DNA of 64,000 nt from Candidatus Pampinifervens sinense (GTDB lineage: Bacteria > Aquificota > Aquificia > Aquificales > Aquificaceae): positions 160,001 to 224,000 of the forward strand of contig JAXSPP010000001.1 in the NCBI GenBank assembly GCA_037927135.1, written 5' to 3'. Positions 32,284 to 46,519 of this stretch are shown here, one piece after another (the stretch's first letter is position 1; each line of letters begins with the position of its first letter). A program made the translations under genes and the position numbers. The notes beneath the pieces were generated by a model that saw only the letters and a list, made by a program, of their open reading frames with translations, ran no database searches and was not told where the DNA came from.

Positions 32284-32433
32284 ATAACTAAAAAATCGCT
32301 TTATAAAGGAGTAGGAAAAACTTAAACGAGCTAATTTTGAGCATATTCTGTTAAAAATTTGTGCAAGAAGGGTGAGTTAAAGTGTCGTTTTTCATAGAAA
32401 AAAGGAAAATCAAGGGGATAAAAACTATAATAC

Positions 32434-32449
32434 TGGCACAAAAATTGCA
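32434..32449 (+). promoter_or_regulatory. sigma54 (-24/-12) promoter of aioBA
   Basis: Exact TGGCAC-N5-TTGCA upstream of the aioB SD. Confidence 0.85.
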
Positions 32450-32485
32450 ATAAAGGATAGTGGAAAAAATCAGGAGGTGTAAGTT

Positions 32486-33001
32486 ATGAAAAAACAGAGG
32501 TCTAAATGTGGTATTTCTCTGGATAGGAGAGACTTTTTAAAACTTTCTGGAGCTACAACCTTTTTGGTGGGTGCATCAGCTGGTAAGGCGCGGGCCTTCT
32601 ATGCTCCCTCCTTGCCTTACAAGAGAGTAAAGGTGGCAAATATCAAAGACCTCAAAGAGGATCAGCCTGTCCTCTTTAACTATCCTGATGAGTCAAGTCC
32701 TGCCATACTGGTAAAGCTAGGAAAGGAAGCCATCGGAGGTGTTGGACCACAAAGGGATATTGTGGCCTTTTCCGCCCTTTGTACACATCAAGGCTGTCCT
32801 GTGAGCTATGAAAAGAAGAGGTTTATCTGCAGATGCCATTACAGCATGTTTGACCCAGCAAAGAATGGACAGACATATCAAGGGCATGCCTCACAGTGGC
32901 TACCGCAGATCATCTTAAGGTTTGAGCCTACCACAGGAGATATATATGCGGAAGGTATTGAAGGCCTTATCTGGGGCAGAGCAAAGAACATCATCAAATA
33001 A
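32486..33001 (+). CDS. aioB: Arsenite oxidase small (Rieske) subunit
   Basis: Tat signal DRRDFLK; GGVGPQRDIVAFSALCTHQGC...CRCHYSMFDP. Confidence 0.93.
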   Translation: MKKQRSKCGISLDRRDFLKLSGATTFLVGASAGKARAFYAPSLPYKRVKVANIKDLKEDQPVLFNYPDESSPAILVKLGKEAIGGVGPQRDIVAFSALCTHQGCPVSYEKKRFICRCHYSMFDPAKNGQTYQGHASQWLPQIILRFEPTTGDIYAEGIEGLIWGRAKNIIK

Positions 33002-33017
33002 AAAAGGAGGTAAAACC

Positions 33018-35633
33018 ATGGCTTTGTTCGCAAGAAAGGACCAAATACCTATACCACCAAAAAATGCAGAAAAGTATACCACTGTTTGTCAGTATTGCAA
33101 TGTGGGCTGTGGTTATGATGTTTACGTTTGGCCAGTAGGGAAAGATGGAGGACCAAAACCCAACGAAAACGCTCTAGGAATTGATTTTACAAAACAACAG
33201 CAGGCTTTGGTAGGTCAATCCATCATAGAAAACATGCACTCTGTGATAATAAAAAATGGCAAGCCTCACCATGTGTTGATCATTCCCTCTAAGGATTCAC
33301 CCATAAACAGAGGAAATTACTCTATAAGGGGTGGCACAAACGCCCAGACTACATACTCTCCTACAAAGCCTACAAGGGCAAGGCTACACCATCCTATGAT
33401 AAGGGTGGGTGATGAGTTCATGCCTGTAAGCTGGGATGAGGCCATAGACCTTATAGCGAGGGTTGTAAAGGGTGTAAAGGATACCTATGGTCCAGACTCT
33501 ATAGCCATGAAGATACACGACCATGGTGGCTCTGGTTCTGGCTTTGAAGACAACTGGGCAGTTGGTAAGTTCTTCTTTGTGGCTGTAGGTACAAGGATGC
33601 TATCTATCCACAATAGGCCCGCTTACAATTCAGAAGTTTGGGGTCAAAGGGAAAGGGGCGTACATGAACTAAATTACACTTATGAGGATGCAAGGCTTGC
33701 GGATACCATAGTTCTGTGGGGTGCCAACTCCTTTGAAACAGCTACAGTATTCTACACAGAGCATATGCTAGCCAACTTCCAAGGAGCAACGGTTGAAGAA
33801 AAGAAGAAGGAATTTTTGAAGGGTGAGCCCATAGAGCCTACGAGGATGATCATAATAGACCCAAGGAGGACAGCAAGCGTAACGGTGGCAGAAGCCATAG
33901 ACAAGAGCAGGGTACTCCATCTTCGTCCAAACCTTGGAACGGACTACGTTTTGGCCAATGCTATAGCAAGGGCAGTTTGGGAAAAGGGCTGGCATGATGA
34001 AAAATTCATTAAGGAAAGAACAGACCTCAAAACCTTTGAAGACTATAAAAAGAAGTCTCTTATGTTAGATGTGCCCTACGATGAGTTTATGAGGAGGGTG
34101 GAAAAGCTCACCGGTGTCTCAAGGGCAGATATAGAAAAGGCTGCCGAATGGATAGCAAAGCCGAAGGCTGGAGGGTTTAGAAGAAGGACACTCATCATCT
34201 ATGAAAAGGGTGTCATATGGAACTATAAGAACTACGACACAATAGCAGCCATAGCCCAGCTTGCAGCCTTGACAGGAAACTACGGAAAGCCTGGAACAGG
34301 ATGTGGAAGGCAGGGAGGACACCAAGAAGGTTATGTAAGACCTCATAGCAAATCAAGGGCAAAGCTTGTAGGTTCCATATACGCAGGAGGACCTCCACCC
34401 AATGTGGATGAATATGTTAAGAATGACCTTAGGGCCAAAGTCTACTTCGTATCCGGAACAGACCCATACCTTTCTACGCCAAACGCTCAGGAGTATAAGA
34501 AAAGGGTGCATGAGAGGACCTTCGCTCTTACTAAGTACCTTTCAGAGTATGCTGGCTTTGCAGGAGAGCCAGCAGGATCAGAGGAGAGAGCAAAACGCAT
34601 ACTTGAAGGACTTGCCAAAACGGATGGACTCTTCCTTGTGGTCATAAATATGTATGAAACGGAAATAGGAAGGGATGCTCATGTGATACTTCCTGCAGCT
34701 GGATGGGGTGAAACACCCACCACTTATATAAACTGCAACAGCAGGCTCTTGAGGATAGCTGATCAGTTTATGGACCCACCCGGGGATGCAAAGCCAGACT
34801 GGTGGATATGGGGAAGGATAGCTACAAGGATGAAAGAGCTTTACGAAGCGGAAGGAAACTTTGAAGAGGCAAAGTACTGCTCTGGAATGGACTGGAAGAC
34901 TGCAGAGGAGGTATTCTTGGACGGTGCGAGCGAGTTTCCAGACAACAGGGTGCCAGAAGAAGATGAAGCCTTACTTCCTGCAGAGTGCTATAAGGGTGTT
35001 ACCTACGAATACCTAAGGAAGGTAGGACAGAAAGGTATACAGGTTCCAGTAAGGATAGATCCTAAGACGGGTCAATTGGTTGGTACAAAGAGAAGGTATG
35101 TTCACAAGTTTGGCACACCCGATGGAAAGTTCAAGTGGTACGGTACTGATCCATGGGATCCTGACCCCATGAAGTTCTATCCACCTCAAATCACAAAGTA
35201 CTTCAAAGATGGTAATGACAAGAAGTTCCCCTTCTGGTTTACCAACGGAAGGACACAGATAATCTGGCAAACAGGCTATCACGATAGATATCTGCCGGAA
35301 AAGGTCTACAGCCTACCACTACCTTACATAGAGATAAACCCAGTAGATGCGGAAAAGCTTGGTATAAAGAGTGGAGACCTTGTGGAAGTGTATAACTTAG
35401 AAGGAAATGTGGTAGCCCTAGCCATCGTAAACGATGCACCACCTCCCGGAATGGTCTTTGGGCTCATGTACAGATGGAAGGAGTCTTTAAACCACCTCAC
35501 TACCAGCTACACCGATCCGAAGACCACCATACCCTGGTATAAAGCTTCAAGGGTTGGCATAAGGAAGCTAAAGGGAAGCCTAGAAAGCGTTCTAAAGTAC
35601 ACCTCCCTTCTCCCCAACAACGACTTCACCTGA
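33018..35633 (+). CDS. aioA: Arsenite oxidase large molybdopterin subunit
   Basis: CQYCNVGCGY [3Fe-4S] motif; HNRPAYNSE, YEKG and GGHQEGY motifs; ATG 33018 behind AGGAGG; aioB-aioA order. Confidence 0.93.
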   Translation: MALFARKDQIPIPPKNAEKYTTVCQYCNVGCGYDVYVWPVGKDGGPKPNENALGIDFTKQQQALVGQSIIENMHSVIIKNGKPHHVLIIPSKDSPINRGNYSIRGGTNAQTTYSPTKPTRARLHHPMIRVGDEFMPVSWDEAIDLIARVVKGVKDTYGPDSIAMKIHDHGGSGSGFEDNWAVGKFFFVAVGTRMLSIHNRPAYNSEVWGQRERGVHELNYTYEDARLADTIVLWGANSFETATVFYTEHMLANFQGATVEEKKKEFLKGEPIEPTRMIIIDPRRTASVTVAEAIDKSRVLHLRPNLGTDYVLANAIARAVWEKGWHDEKFIKERTDLKTFEDYKKKSLMLDVPYDEFMRRVEKLTGVSRADIEKAAEWIAKPKAGGFRRRTLIIYEKGVIWNYKNYDTIAAIAQLAALTGNYGKPGTGCGRQGGHQEGYVRPHSKSRAKLVGSIYAGGPPPNVDEYVKNDLRAKVYFVSGTDPYLSTPNAQEYKKRVHERTFALTKYLSEYAGFAGEPAGSEERAKRILEGLAKTDGLFLVVINMYETEIGRDAHVILPAAGWGETPTTYINCNSRLLRIADQFMDPPGDAKPDWWIWGRIATRMKELYEAEGNFEEAKYCSGMDWKTAEEVFLDGASEFPDNRVPEEDEALLPAECYKGVTYEYLRKVGQKGIQVPVRIDPKTGQLVGTKRRYVHKFGTPDGKFKWYGTDPWDPDPMKFYPPQITKYFKDGNDKKFPFWFTNGRTQIIWQTGYHDRYLPEKVYSLPLPYIEINPVDAEKLGIKSGDLVEVYNLEGNVVALAIVNDAPPPGMVFGLMYRWKESLNHLTTSYTDPKTTIPWYKASRVGIRKLKGSLESVLKYTSLLPNNDFT

Positions 35634-35634
35634 T

Positions 35635-35660
35635 AGGGGGCCCCGCCCCCCTTTATTTTT
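35635..35660 (+). terminator. Rho-independent terminator of aioBA
   Basis: AGGGGG-CCCCGC-CCCCCT hairpin followed by TTATTTTT. Confidence 0.75.
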
Positions 35661-35705
35661 ATTCTCTTCTTTACCAAACCTTCTCAAAGGGATTATTATA
35701 TTCTC

Positions 35706-39543
<3,838 letters not shown>

Positions 39544-39573
39544 AGGAATAAATATAGTGCTATAATAATTGCC

Positions 39574-39993
39574 ATGAAGGAACTACACCATCCCCATAAA
39601 GATGATGCCCTTGAGGTTTTAAAGAATGCAAAGGTGGTGGCCGTAGTAGGCATATCTCCAGATAAGGAAAGACCCTCTTATTATGTGAGCGAGAGGGTGA
39701 TAGCTAAAGGGCTTCACAAGATCTATTTTGTAAATCCAAAGTACGCAGACCAGGAGATATTAGGTATAAAGGTCCTCTCCTCCCTTGAAGAGATACCAGA
39801 ACCGGTGGATATAGTTAACGTTTTTAGAAACCCAGCCCATATAGAACCTATTGTTCAAGAGGCTATTAAGATAGGTGCCAAGTGTGTATGGCTACAGCCT
39901 GGCTGTGAAAACATGGAGGTGATTGAAAGATATAAAGATAAGATAAAGATAGTGTGGGATGCTTGTATAGGTGTGGAAGCTGGCTACCTTTAG
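39574..39993 (+). CDS. CoA-binding protein (YccU-like)
   Basis: VAVVGISP...RPSY, VDIVNVFR and VWLQPG motifs; real start likely ATG 39574. Confidence 0.85.
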   Translation: MKELHHPHKDDALEVLKNAKVVAVVGISPDKERPSYYVSERVIAKGLHKIYFVNPKYADQEILGIKVLSSLEEIPEPVDIVNVFRNPAHIEPIVQEAIKIGAKCVWLQPGCENMEVIERYKDKIKIVWDACIGVEAGYL

Positions 39994-41051
39994 AAGACAA
40001 CCAGCTTGTCCGCGTGTATAACCTCTTCAATGTTGGTCTTAAGCTTTCTCTTTACCTCTTCTCCCTTGCTACCCATTATCTTCTTTATTTCTTCGGAGGA
40101 GAAGTTTGTCTTACCTTTGCCCACTAGAAAACCGGCAGGGTTGTAAAGAACAACCACATCACCCCTTTGAAAGACACCTTCCACTCTAAAAACGCCCGCT
40201 GGCAAAAGGCTCTTTCCTTGTTTTATAGCCCTGTAAGCACCCTCATCAATGTAGAGTGCTCCTTTAGGCTCCTCAAGCATAGCGAGGGCTTTTTTCCCTT
40301 CCCTCAGAGGCTTTGAAGAAGCTTTAAAATATGTCCCCTTTGTCCTCCCATCAACTATATCAAGAAGACTGTCTTCCTTACCGGTTATAACCACAGGAAT
40401 ACCTAGCTTTGTAGCAATACGGGTAGCAGTTATCTTGCTTAGCATACCACCCGTTCCAAACTCCGAATTTACTCCCTTTACCAGGTGTAAAACGCCATCA
40501 ATATCTTCCACAAAAGGTACTATATTTCCCCCCTCATCCAGAAGACCACCTGCCGTAGAGAAGATAACTACTAGCTTTGCATTCATCATGTAAGCTGTGT
40601 AGATTGCGAGGTAATCATTATCTCCAAAAAGGAGCTCTGATATGGCTACAGTATCGTTCTCATTTATTATAGGAACAATGCCCAAAGACAACATACTACT
40701 AAGGGCGTTCTTTGTATTTTGAAACTTTACCTTGTCTCTGAAGATGTCTGCAGTAAGAAGTGCTTGACCTACAGTCAAGCCATAGTTGGAAAAAACCATA
40801 TCGTAAATATGCATGAGATAGGCTTGGCCCACACCAGCTACAGCCTGTTTAACGTTTAAATCTCTAGGTCTTTCCTTCAAACCGAGCTTTTTGACACCAC
40901 AAAGCACTGCGCCCGATGAAACGATTAGAATGTCTACATTTCTCTCCCTAAGAATTTTTATCTCATTGGCTAGCCTGGAGAGAAAAGCTAAATCTATATC
41001 ACTTTTATGTGTTTGTATAAGGTTGGAACCTATCTTTACAACTAGCAGCAT
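39990..41051 (-). CDS. proB: Glutamate 5-kinase with PUA domain
   Basis: VVKIGSN, VSSGAV, PIINENDTV, GDND and GTGGM motifs; start ATG 41051. Confidence 0.95.
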   Translation of the reverse strand: MLLVVKIGSNLIQTHKSDIDLAFLSRLANEIKILRERNVDILIVSSGAVLCGVKKLGLKERPRDLNVKQAVAGVGQAYLMHIYDMVFSNYGLTVGQALLTADIFRDKVKFQNTKNALSSMLSLGIVPIINENDTVAISELLFGDNDYLAIYTAYMMNAKLVVIFSTAGGLLDEGGNIVPFVEDIDGVLHLVKGVNSEFGTGGMLSKITATRIATKLGIPVVITGKEDSLLDIVDGRTKGTYFKASSKPLREGKKALAMLEEPKGALYIDEGAYRAIKQGKSLLPAGVFRVEGVFQRGDVVVLYNPAGFLVGKGKTNFSSEEIKKIMGSKGEEVKRKLKTNIEEVIHADKLVVF

Positions 41052-41097
41052 AATTCGGACTAAATTATAATATAATATGAAGGGAAGGGGGAAATAG

Positions 41098-42009
41098 ATG
41101 TTGCAAAGTTTAAGAGGTATACTATGGGAGAAAGGTTTTAGAAGACCATCATTAAAACTTCCATACCTTTCTTTAAGAAACATATCTAGAAAGAGTATAA
41201 TAGGTTTACATCTAACAAATAGCAGGATAAGGATCCTTGGCTTGAAAGGAGATAAAACGCTGCTTTTTGAACCTGTAGAGGTTACCTTTAAAAACGATAG
41301 GGCAAAGGTTTTAAAAGAACTAGTAGATAGATATAAACTTAGAGGTTATGATGTTATTGCAAGCCTTTCAGTAAATGAAGGTCTTATGAAGTTTTACACA
41401 TATCCTTCAGCTTTGAGTAAGAAGGATCTTGAAAATGCTATAGAATGGGCTATAAAAAGGGAATTGGTAACCTTGAAGGAGGAAGCTTATTATGACTATC
41501 ATATAATTGACTCCTTAGGGGATCCTAGAAAGTTAGGAGTTATAGCTGTTATAGCCCGTAAAGAAACGGTGGAAAGTGTTAAAAAAACTATACAAGATGC
41601 AGGATTAAATTTAAAAATACTTGATTATGAGGTCCTTGCTATAATAAACTATGGACTATATAATAAACTTCCATTGCCTTTCTCCATATTGCACGTGGAT
41701 TATGATTACTCTATTCTTGTAAGCTATTCGCAATCTAGCATTAATTATTATGTGGGTCAGTGGAGTTTAGCAGAATACTTGGAAACAAAAAATGAGGAAT
41801 CATTTGATTCTTTTATTTCTGAAATATTAAATTTAGTTGTTCTTAATAACATAACTAGCTTATACATAGCAGGCCCTGTTTTACTTTATGAAGATGTAAC
41901 CACACGGATTATGGAGAACGTTCCCATTTTTGGTTTGCTCGATCTTGAAAGCATCCCCTCCAATTTCTTTATAGCACACAGCCTTTGCATAAGGGGGTTA
42001 GAAGGATGA
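41098..42009 (+). CDS. pilM: Type IV pilus assembly protein PilM-like
   Basis: IIGL..., YDY and AGL..KILDYE.LA actin-like motifs; first gene of pilMNOPQ. Confidence 0.7.
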   Translation: MLQSLRGILWEKGFRRPSLKLPYLSLRNISRKSIIGLHLTNSRIRILGLKGDKTLLFEPVEVTFKNDRAKVLKELVDRYKLRGYDVIASLSVNEGLMKFYTYPSALSKKDLENAIEWAIKRELVTLKEEAYYDYHIIDSLGDPRKLGVIAVIARKETVESVKKTIQDAGLNLKILDYEVLAIINYGLYNKLPLPFSILHVDYDYSILVSYSQSSINYYVGQWSLAEYLETKNEESFDSFISEILNLVVLNNITSLYIAGPVLLYEDVTTRIMENVPIFGLLDLESIPSNFFIAHSLCIRGLEG

Positions 42010-42650
42010 TTAAAATAAACCTTCTAAGAGGTGAAAAGAAGAAAAAGTCTGTAAGTATTGATTTATCCGCTTTAAAAACTGTTAAGATTCAGGATCTTTT
42101 TAAAATAGGTTCGTTGTACTATGCTGGTGGATTTCTTTGGTTAGTTACACTTTTGATTTTAGGTTATTACTTCAAACTGAATCAAGAAAAAAAGGAGCTA
42201 AGCTTAAAATTGGAAGAGCTTAACATGGAAAGGCTAAAGCTTCAGGCGCAAGCAAAAAGATTTTCTGAAGAAAAGAAATTATTAGAGGGAGAGATAGAAC
42301 GTTTAAAAGCGCAAATACAGGATATAGATAGAGGTAAAGATATAATACTTGGTCTAAAATCCTACCATTATCCATTTAACAAAAGTCTTGATGCTTACAT
42401 CATGTCTTTACCTAGAGTTTCTTGGATAAGCAATTATAAACAGAGCTTGGATATTAGCACACAAACTGTAAAATCAGAACTGGTTATAAACACTTTTGAT
42501 TATCAAAGTCTTGGTGTTTATGGCAGATTGATAAAAGCCACCTCACAAAAAATAGCTATAAGCCCTGTAGAAAGAAAGACAACACCCAGTGGGTTTGAGT
42601 ATTACACCGCCAAACTTTCCATAGAGAAGCCTATTCAGGAGGGGAGATAG
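42006..42650 (+). CDS. pilN: Type IV pilus assembly protein PilN-like
   Basis: N-terminal IKINLL motif, TM helix and coiled coil; ATG 42006 overlaps pilM stop. Confidence 0.75.
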   Translation: MIKINLLRGEKKKKSVSIDLSALKTVKIQDLFKIGSLYYAGGFLWLVTLLILGYYFKLNQEKKELSLKLEELNMERLKLQAQAKRFSEEKKLLEGEIERLKAQIQDIDRGKDIILGLKSYHYPFNKSLDAYIMSLPRVSWISNYKQSLDISTQTVKSELVINTFDYQSLGVYGRLIKATSQKIAISPVERKTTPSGFEYYTAKLSIEKPIQEGR

Positions 42651-42652
42651 TT

Positions 42653-43348
42653 ATGGAAAATATAAAGACACAGTTTAAAAATCTTCCAACTTGGCAGAAG
42701 TACTTTCTAATAATAGGCTTACCTATTTTTGTTTCCTTATACATCTGGTTTATACTCATATCACCATTAATGGATGAAATAAACAGATTGAAACTAGAAA
42801 AGGATCAGGCAGAACGGGAAATAGCAAACCTAAAGAACAGCATGAGACCGGCTGTGTTGAACAATTTAAGAAGGGAAAAGGAAAGGTTAGAACAGGAGTA
42901 TGAGCAAAGATATAAAGAGCTAACAAGTATGGTGGGAGAGATTCCAACGGAAGGTGATGTACCAAAGATAATAAGAAATATAGGCAGTTTAGCTATGAAA
43001 AGTAGGGTGGTTATATTAAACCTTCAGATGTCCTCTCCTCAAAAGGTAAGTTATGAGCTTATACAAGAGGGTAACAGAAAGGTGGTCAAAGAAGTGCAAC
43101 AGCAACAACAAACTCAACAAAAACAACAGAAGCAACAGCAAAAACAAACACAAGGTGTATCCTTTTTAAGAAGTGAGATGAAGATAGTAGCGTCTGGTTC
43201 TTACAATTCTATAAGAAAATTTCTAGATATGCTTGCTAGAGAAGGGGTAGTATCTTATCCATCTAATATAGTTTTAACGCCTGAAGAAGGTAACAAGGTA
43301 AAGGCAGAGATTACACTATTCTTAATAATGAAAGAGGAGGGACAGTGA
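42653..43348 (+). CDS. pilO: Type IV pilus assembly protein PilO-like
   Basis: TM + coiled coil; IP...VP.II motif and GSYNSIRKFL. Confidence 0.75.
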   Translation: MENIKTQFKNLPTWQKYFLIIGLPIFVSLYIWFILISPLMDEINRLKLEKDQAEREIANLKNSMRPAVLNNLRREKERLEQEYEQRYKELTSMVGEIPTEGDVPKIIRNIGSLAMKSRVVILNLQMSSPQKVSYELIQEGNRKVVKEVQQQQQTQQKQQKQQQKQTQGVSFLRSEMKIVASGSYNSIRKFLDMLAREGVVSYPSNIVLTPEEGNKVKAEITLFLIMKEEGQ

Positions 43349-43566
43349 TGAGGTATATAGTATGTTTAGCATTGATAAGTTTGTCCTATGCACAAAGCGT
43401 TTTTCAAAACCTTGAGGGTGTAGTAGGATATATAGTGATAGAAAAGAAGGGGAAGGTGGAAAACTACCTTGTGGTAGAAGAAAAAAACGGCTCTGTAAAA
43501 ACCCTAAAAGTGGACCGTAAACCTGCCGATTTTCTAAAAAGGGTAGAGGAAGGAGGGAAGAAATGA
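43345..43566 (+). CDS. Small exported protein, probable truncated PilP-like
   Basis: Signal peptide; VVGYI...YLVVEEKNG beta-strand pattern; lies between pilO and pilQ. Confidence 0.5.
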   Translation: MMRYIVCLALISLSYAQSVFQNLEGVVGYIVIEKKGKVENYLVVEEKNGSVKTLKVDRKPADFLKRVEEGGKK

Positions 43567-45281
43567 GAAAGGCTCTTTATCTGTTTTTGCTGTTACTAAT
43601 TGTGCACGTCTCCCAGGCACAGATAATCAGAGAGATGAAGTTTGAGAACGTAAAGCTGGAAACGGTGCTAAAGGCTTTGGCAGAAGTATCCCAGATGAAC
43701 CTTGTCTTTGATCCGGCTATCTCTCAAGACCTTCAAAAAACGGTAAGTGTAGCCATATACAAACCTGTACCTGTAGGAGAAGCTTTTAATATCATTCTGA
43801 AGGAGAACAATCTTATAGCTGTAGCGGTAGATAGGAAGGTTTATCGTATTACAAAAGCCGGAAGCATAACTGTAAATGTAGCCGGACTGGAGGAAAGAGA
43901 GATAAGAGAGATAATAAACTTTTTAAAGGCAAGAGTAAGTTCTTCTGCGGAGATAGTATGGGATAAAACTTTACAGACTATATATGTAAGGGACGAAGAG
44001 GCGAATATAAAAAGACTTGAACCTGTCTTAAAAGACTACAGAAGGCTTGCACAAGCTTTAGTGCCAAGAGAAGAGGTACAGACAAAAGTTTTTTATTTAA
44101 GATTCATAGATTTAGATGAGGCAGAAAGGAGGATAAAGCCTCATATCTCTCAAGACACTCTTATTACGAAGGCTTACGATTTTAACGCCTTAGTTATAAG
44201 GGATACACCAAAAAAGTTGGAAGAATACGAAAGGATACTAAAGCCTTATTTAACTACTACACCTACGGAAAGAAAACCTGTCACGAAGATCTTTTACCTT
44301 AAGTATGTAAGCCCAGAAGAGTTCATAAAGATGATAGAGCCTTATAGGTCAGAGGTCGGAATGGTCTTAAGCGGTGGCGTGGAAAGGCCCACACAACCAC
44401 AAACACCACAACAACCACAACAGCAAACTGCTCCAACTCCCATAATAAGAGAATTTAACGCTGTAATGATCACGGATTACCCAGATGTTCTACAGAGAAT
44501 AAAAGAAATTTTTAAAGAATACATAAGCGAAACACCAGTGAGGATAGCTATAGAAGCCCGCATTGTAGAGATATCTTCTGAAGCTTTAAGAGAACTTGGT
44601 ATAAATTGGAATGTTCTTCTGTCTCAGGCAAGTGTGCCACAATTTTGGCAAGGGGGTATAAGCACCAATATGGGCTTGCCCCCAAACCCTGCAGGATCAC
44701 CCCTTTTAGTGCCTGGTCCTTCGCCAAACCCCGGTGGCCTTTTTGTGTTTACTTATCAAAGGGGTATGTTAAATGCCCTCAATCTTAGAATTTCTGCCCT
44801 TGAAAGGATAAATAAGGCAAGAAGTATAGCAAAGCCTATGGTGGTAGCCATAAATGGACAAAAGGCTACCATAAGGCAAGGAATACAAGTACCCTATTTG
44901 ACCGCTTCACCAGGACCTGGAGCTACCGCTGTTCAAAATGTCCAGTTTAAAGACGTTGTTTTGGAACTAGATGTGACACCAATAGTGTCTCCAGATGGAA
45001 GGATTTTGATAGATTTAGCTTTGAGAAGAGACACGCTTGGTGTGCAAACGCCTCAAGGACCAGCTATAAATACAAGGGAGGTAAAGACAAAGATAATAGT
45101 AGAAAGTGGCCAAACCGCTGTGCTAGGGGGTATAATAGATAGTCAAGATAGTCAGACCAATGAAGGTCTGCCTGGCCTTATAAGAGTGCCAATTCTCAAG
45201 TATCTCTTTGGTCAAGAGAGGATAAACACAGCCGACAGGGAACTTTTAATATTCATTACTCCCACTCTGCTAACCCAATGA
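43563..45281 (+). CDS. pilQ: Type IV pilus secretin PilQ
   Basis: STN/N domains; IEARIVE...RELGINW, QFKDVVLELDVTP and LLIFITP motifs. Confidence 0.9.
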   Translation: MRKALYLFLLLLIVHVSQAQIIREMKFENVKLETVLKALAEVSQMNLVFDPAISQDLQKTVSVAIYKPVPVGEAFNIILKENNLIAVAVDRKVYRITKAGSITVNVAGLEEREIREIINFLKARVSSSAEIVWDKTLQTIYVRDEEANIKRLEPVLKDYRRLAQALVPREEVQTKVFYLRFIDLDEAERRIKPHISQDTLITKAYDFNALVIRDTPKKLEEYERILKPYLTTTPTERKPVTKIFYLKYVSPEEFIKMIEPYRSEVGMVLSGGVERPTQPQTPQQPQQQTAPTPIIREFNAVMITDYPDVLQRIKEIFKEYISETPVRIAIEARIVEISSEALRELGINWNVLLSQASVPQFWQGGISTNMGLPPNPAGSPLLVPGPSPNPGGLFVFTYQRGMLNALNLRISALERINKARSIAKPMVVAINGQKATIRQGIQVPYLTASPGPGATAVQNVQFKDVVLELDVTPIVSPDGRILIDLALRRDTLGVQTPQGPAINTREVKTKIIVESGQTAVLGGIIDSQDSQTNEGLPGLIRVPILKYLFGQERINTADRELLIFITPTLLTQ

Positions 45282-45892
45282 TGAGAGTTTTGATAAAAGG
45301 AATAAATGAAGGCAACGTGGATAAGGTTTTTGAATCTTTTACCAACCTTGGCTTGAGCCCTACACCTCTTTACAGGAATCTTTCAAAGGGAATGGACCAA
45401 GTGATAATAGAATGCAAGGAAGACCAGTTTTTGAAGCTTAAGAATGACCTAAACGGCGTATGCGAAGTTATTCCGATAGAAAGCAAAGAAAGCCCTCCCC
45501 TTCCTGCCCTATCTTTAGTCTCCCTCTTTTTAGATAACCTTTTGCTTTTCTATATACTAAAACTCTCCATATACTCTTCGGATTTTAGGATTATGCTTGG
45601 CTACCTATTTTCCTCTTCAAAGTCACAAGCCTACTTTCAACTTATACTTTCTCTACTTTTGATAGTTGGCTACTACTATGCCTTTATAACAACAAAAGAA
45701 GCACCACCAATTGCCAAGTTCCTTGAAATAAGATACCCAAAAGACAAAAACTGGATAATCCTTGCCTATAGTCTTCCCCTTATAGGCCTTTATCTTATAT
45801 CCAGCGGAATACCTTTTGGAAGGCTTTTGGGCTTGGCTATGCTTTCCTTTAGCGTGGGTATATTGGTTTATTCAAGCGTGAAGTTTTCGTGA
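45278..45892 (+). CDS. Hypothetical membrane protein (soluble N-domain + 4 TM)
   Basis: 204-aa ORF translationally coupled to pilQ. Confidence 0.55.
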   Translation: MMRVLIKGINEGNVDKVFESFTNLGLSPTPLYRNLSKGMDQVIIECKEDQFLKLKNDLNGVCEVIPIESKESPPLPALSLVSLFLDNLLLFYILKLSIYSSDFRIMLGYLFSSSKSQAYFQLILSLLLIVGYYYAFITTKEAPPIAKFLEIRYPKDKNWIILAYSLPLIGLYLISSGIPFGRLLGLAMLSFSVGILVYSSVKFS

Positions 45893-45979
45893 AGATGCTT
45901 GACATGTGTGTAAAAAGTGATAAAAATATACCTATCCTCCTCTAAAAGAGGAGGAAATACTTTAAAGGAGGGTTTAGTC

Positions 45980-46510
45980 ATGAGAAACCTTTACCAAGCC
46001 ACAAGCAAAGCGGTAAGGCTCAACAGCTCAAAGGGTTTTACCCTCATTGAGCTCCTTGTAGTCATAGCCATCATAGCCATCTTGGCATCCTTGGCCATAC
46101 CGCAGTATCTCAGGTATCAAAGAAAAGCAAAGGTTAGCTCTTATGCAGAACCTATAGCAAGGGGTTGTATGATGGATATAGCGGCATTTTGTATGGAGAA
46201 TCCTACGATTGCAGGCCAGCAAACCTCTACAATAAATGCAGATGGAACAGCTACTATAAAACCAACTGCAGGTGATCCAACAACTATAACACTGAGAAAC
46301 TGCAACGATGGCGATCAGGTTTTCCCATCAGCTGGTGGAAATGTTACACTTCAAATAGTTAATGCTGGTAACTGTACAGAAGATGGTCAACCACCAAAAA
46401 ACATACAAGTAATCGCGACACTGCCACAGAATGTCGTTCCTGATTTCAGGGCCGTATGTTCTTACCCTCAAGGTCAGCAAAGCGTAAGGTGCACAGTAGA
46501 AACACAATAA
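45980..46510 (+). CDS. pilA: Type IV major pilin
   Basis: [24 protein letters not shown] prepilin motif; AAGGAGG SD before ATG 45980; upstream TTGACA at 45899; own terminator. Confidence 0.85.
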   Translation: MRNLYQATSKAVRLNSSKGFTLIELLVVIAIIAILASLAIPQYLRYQRKAKVSSYAEPIARGCMMDIAAFCMENPTIAGQQTSTINADGTATIKPTAGDPTTITLRNCNDGDQVFPSAGGNVTLQIVNAGNCTEDGQPPKNIQVIATLPQNVVPDFRAVCSYPQGQQSVRCTVETQ

Positions 46511-46519
46511 TATACTTAT

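Noticed and set aside
32922-33017. Longer N-termini given by the ORF track (aioA, proB, CoA-binding, rusA, icd, pilA, tonB, hypD, 20970-21620)
   Set aside because: Extensions overlap neighbouring genes; downstream starts have SD or -10 context and match family N-termini
33018-35633. Possibility that the molybdoenzyme is iodate reductase IdrA or another DMSO-reductase family member
   Set aside because: Small-then-large gene order, HNRPAYNSE motif and absence of adjacent cytochrome c peroxidases fit AioBA
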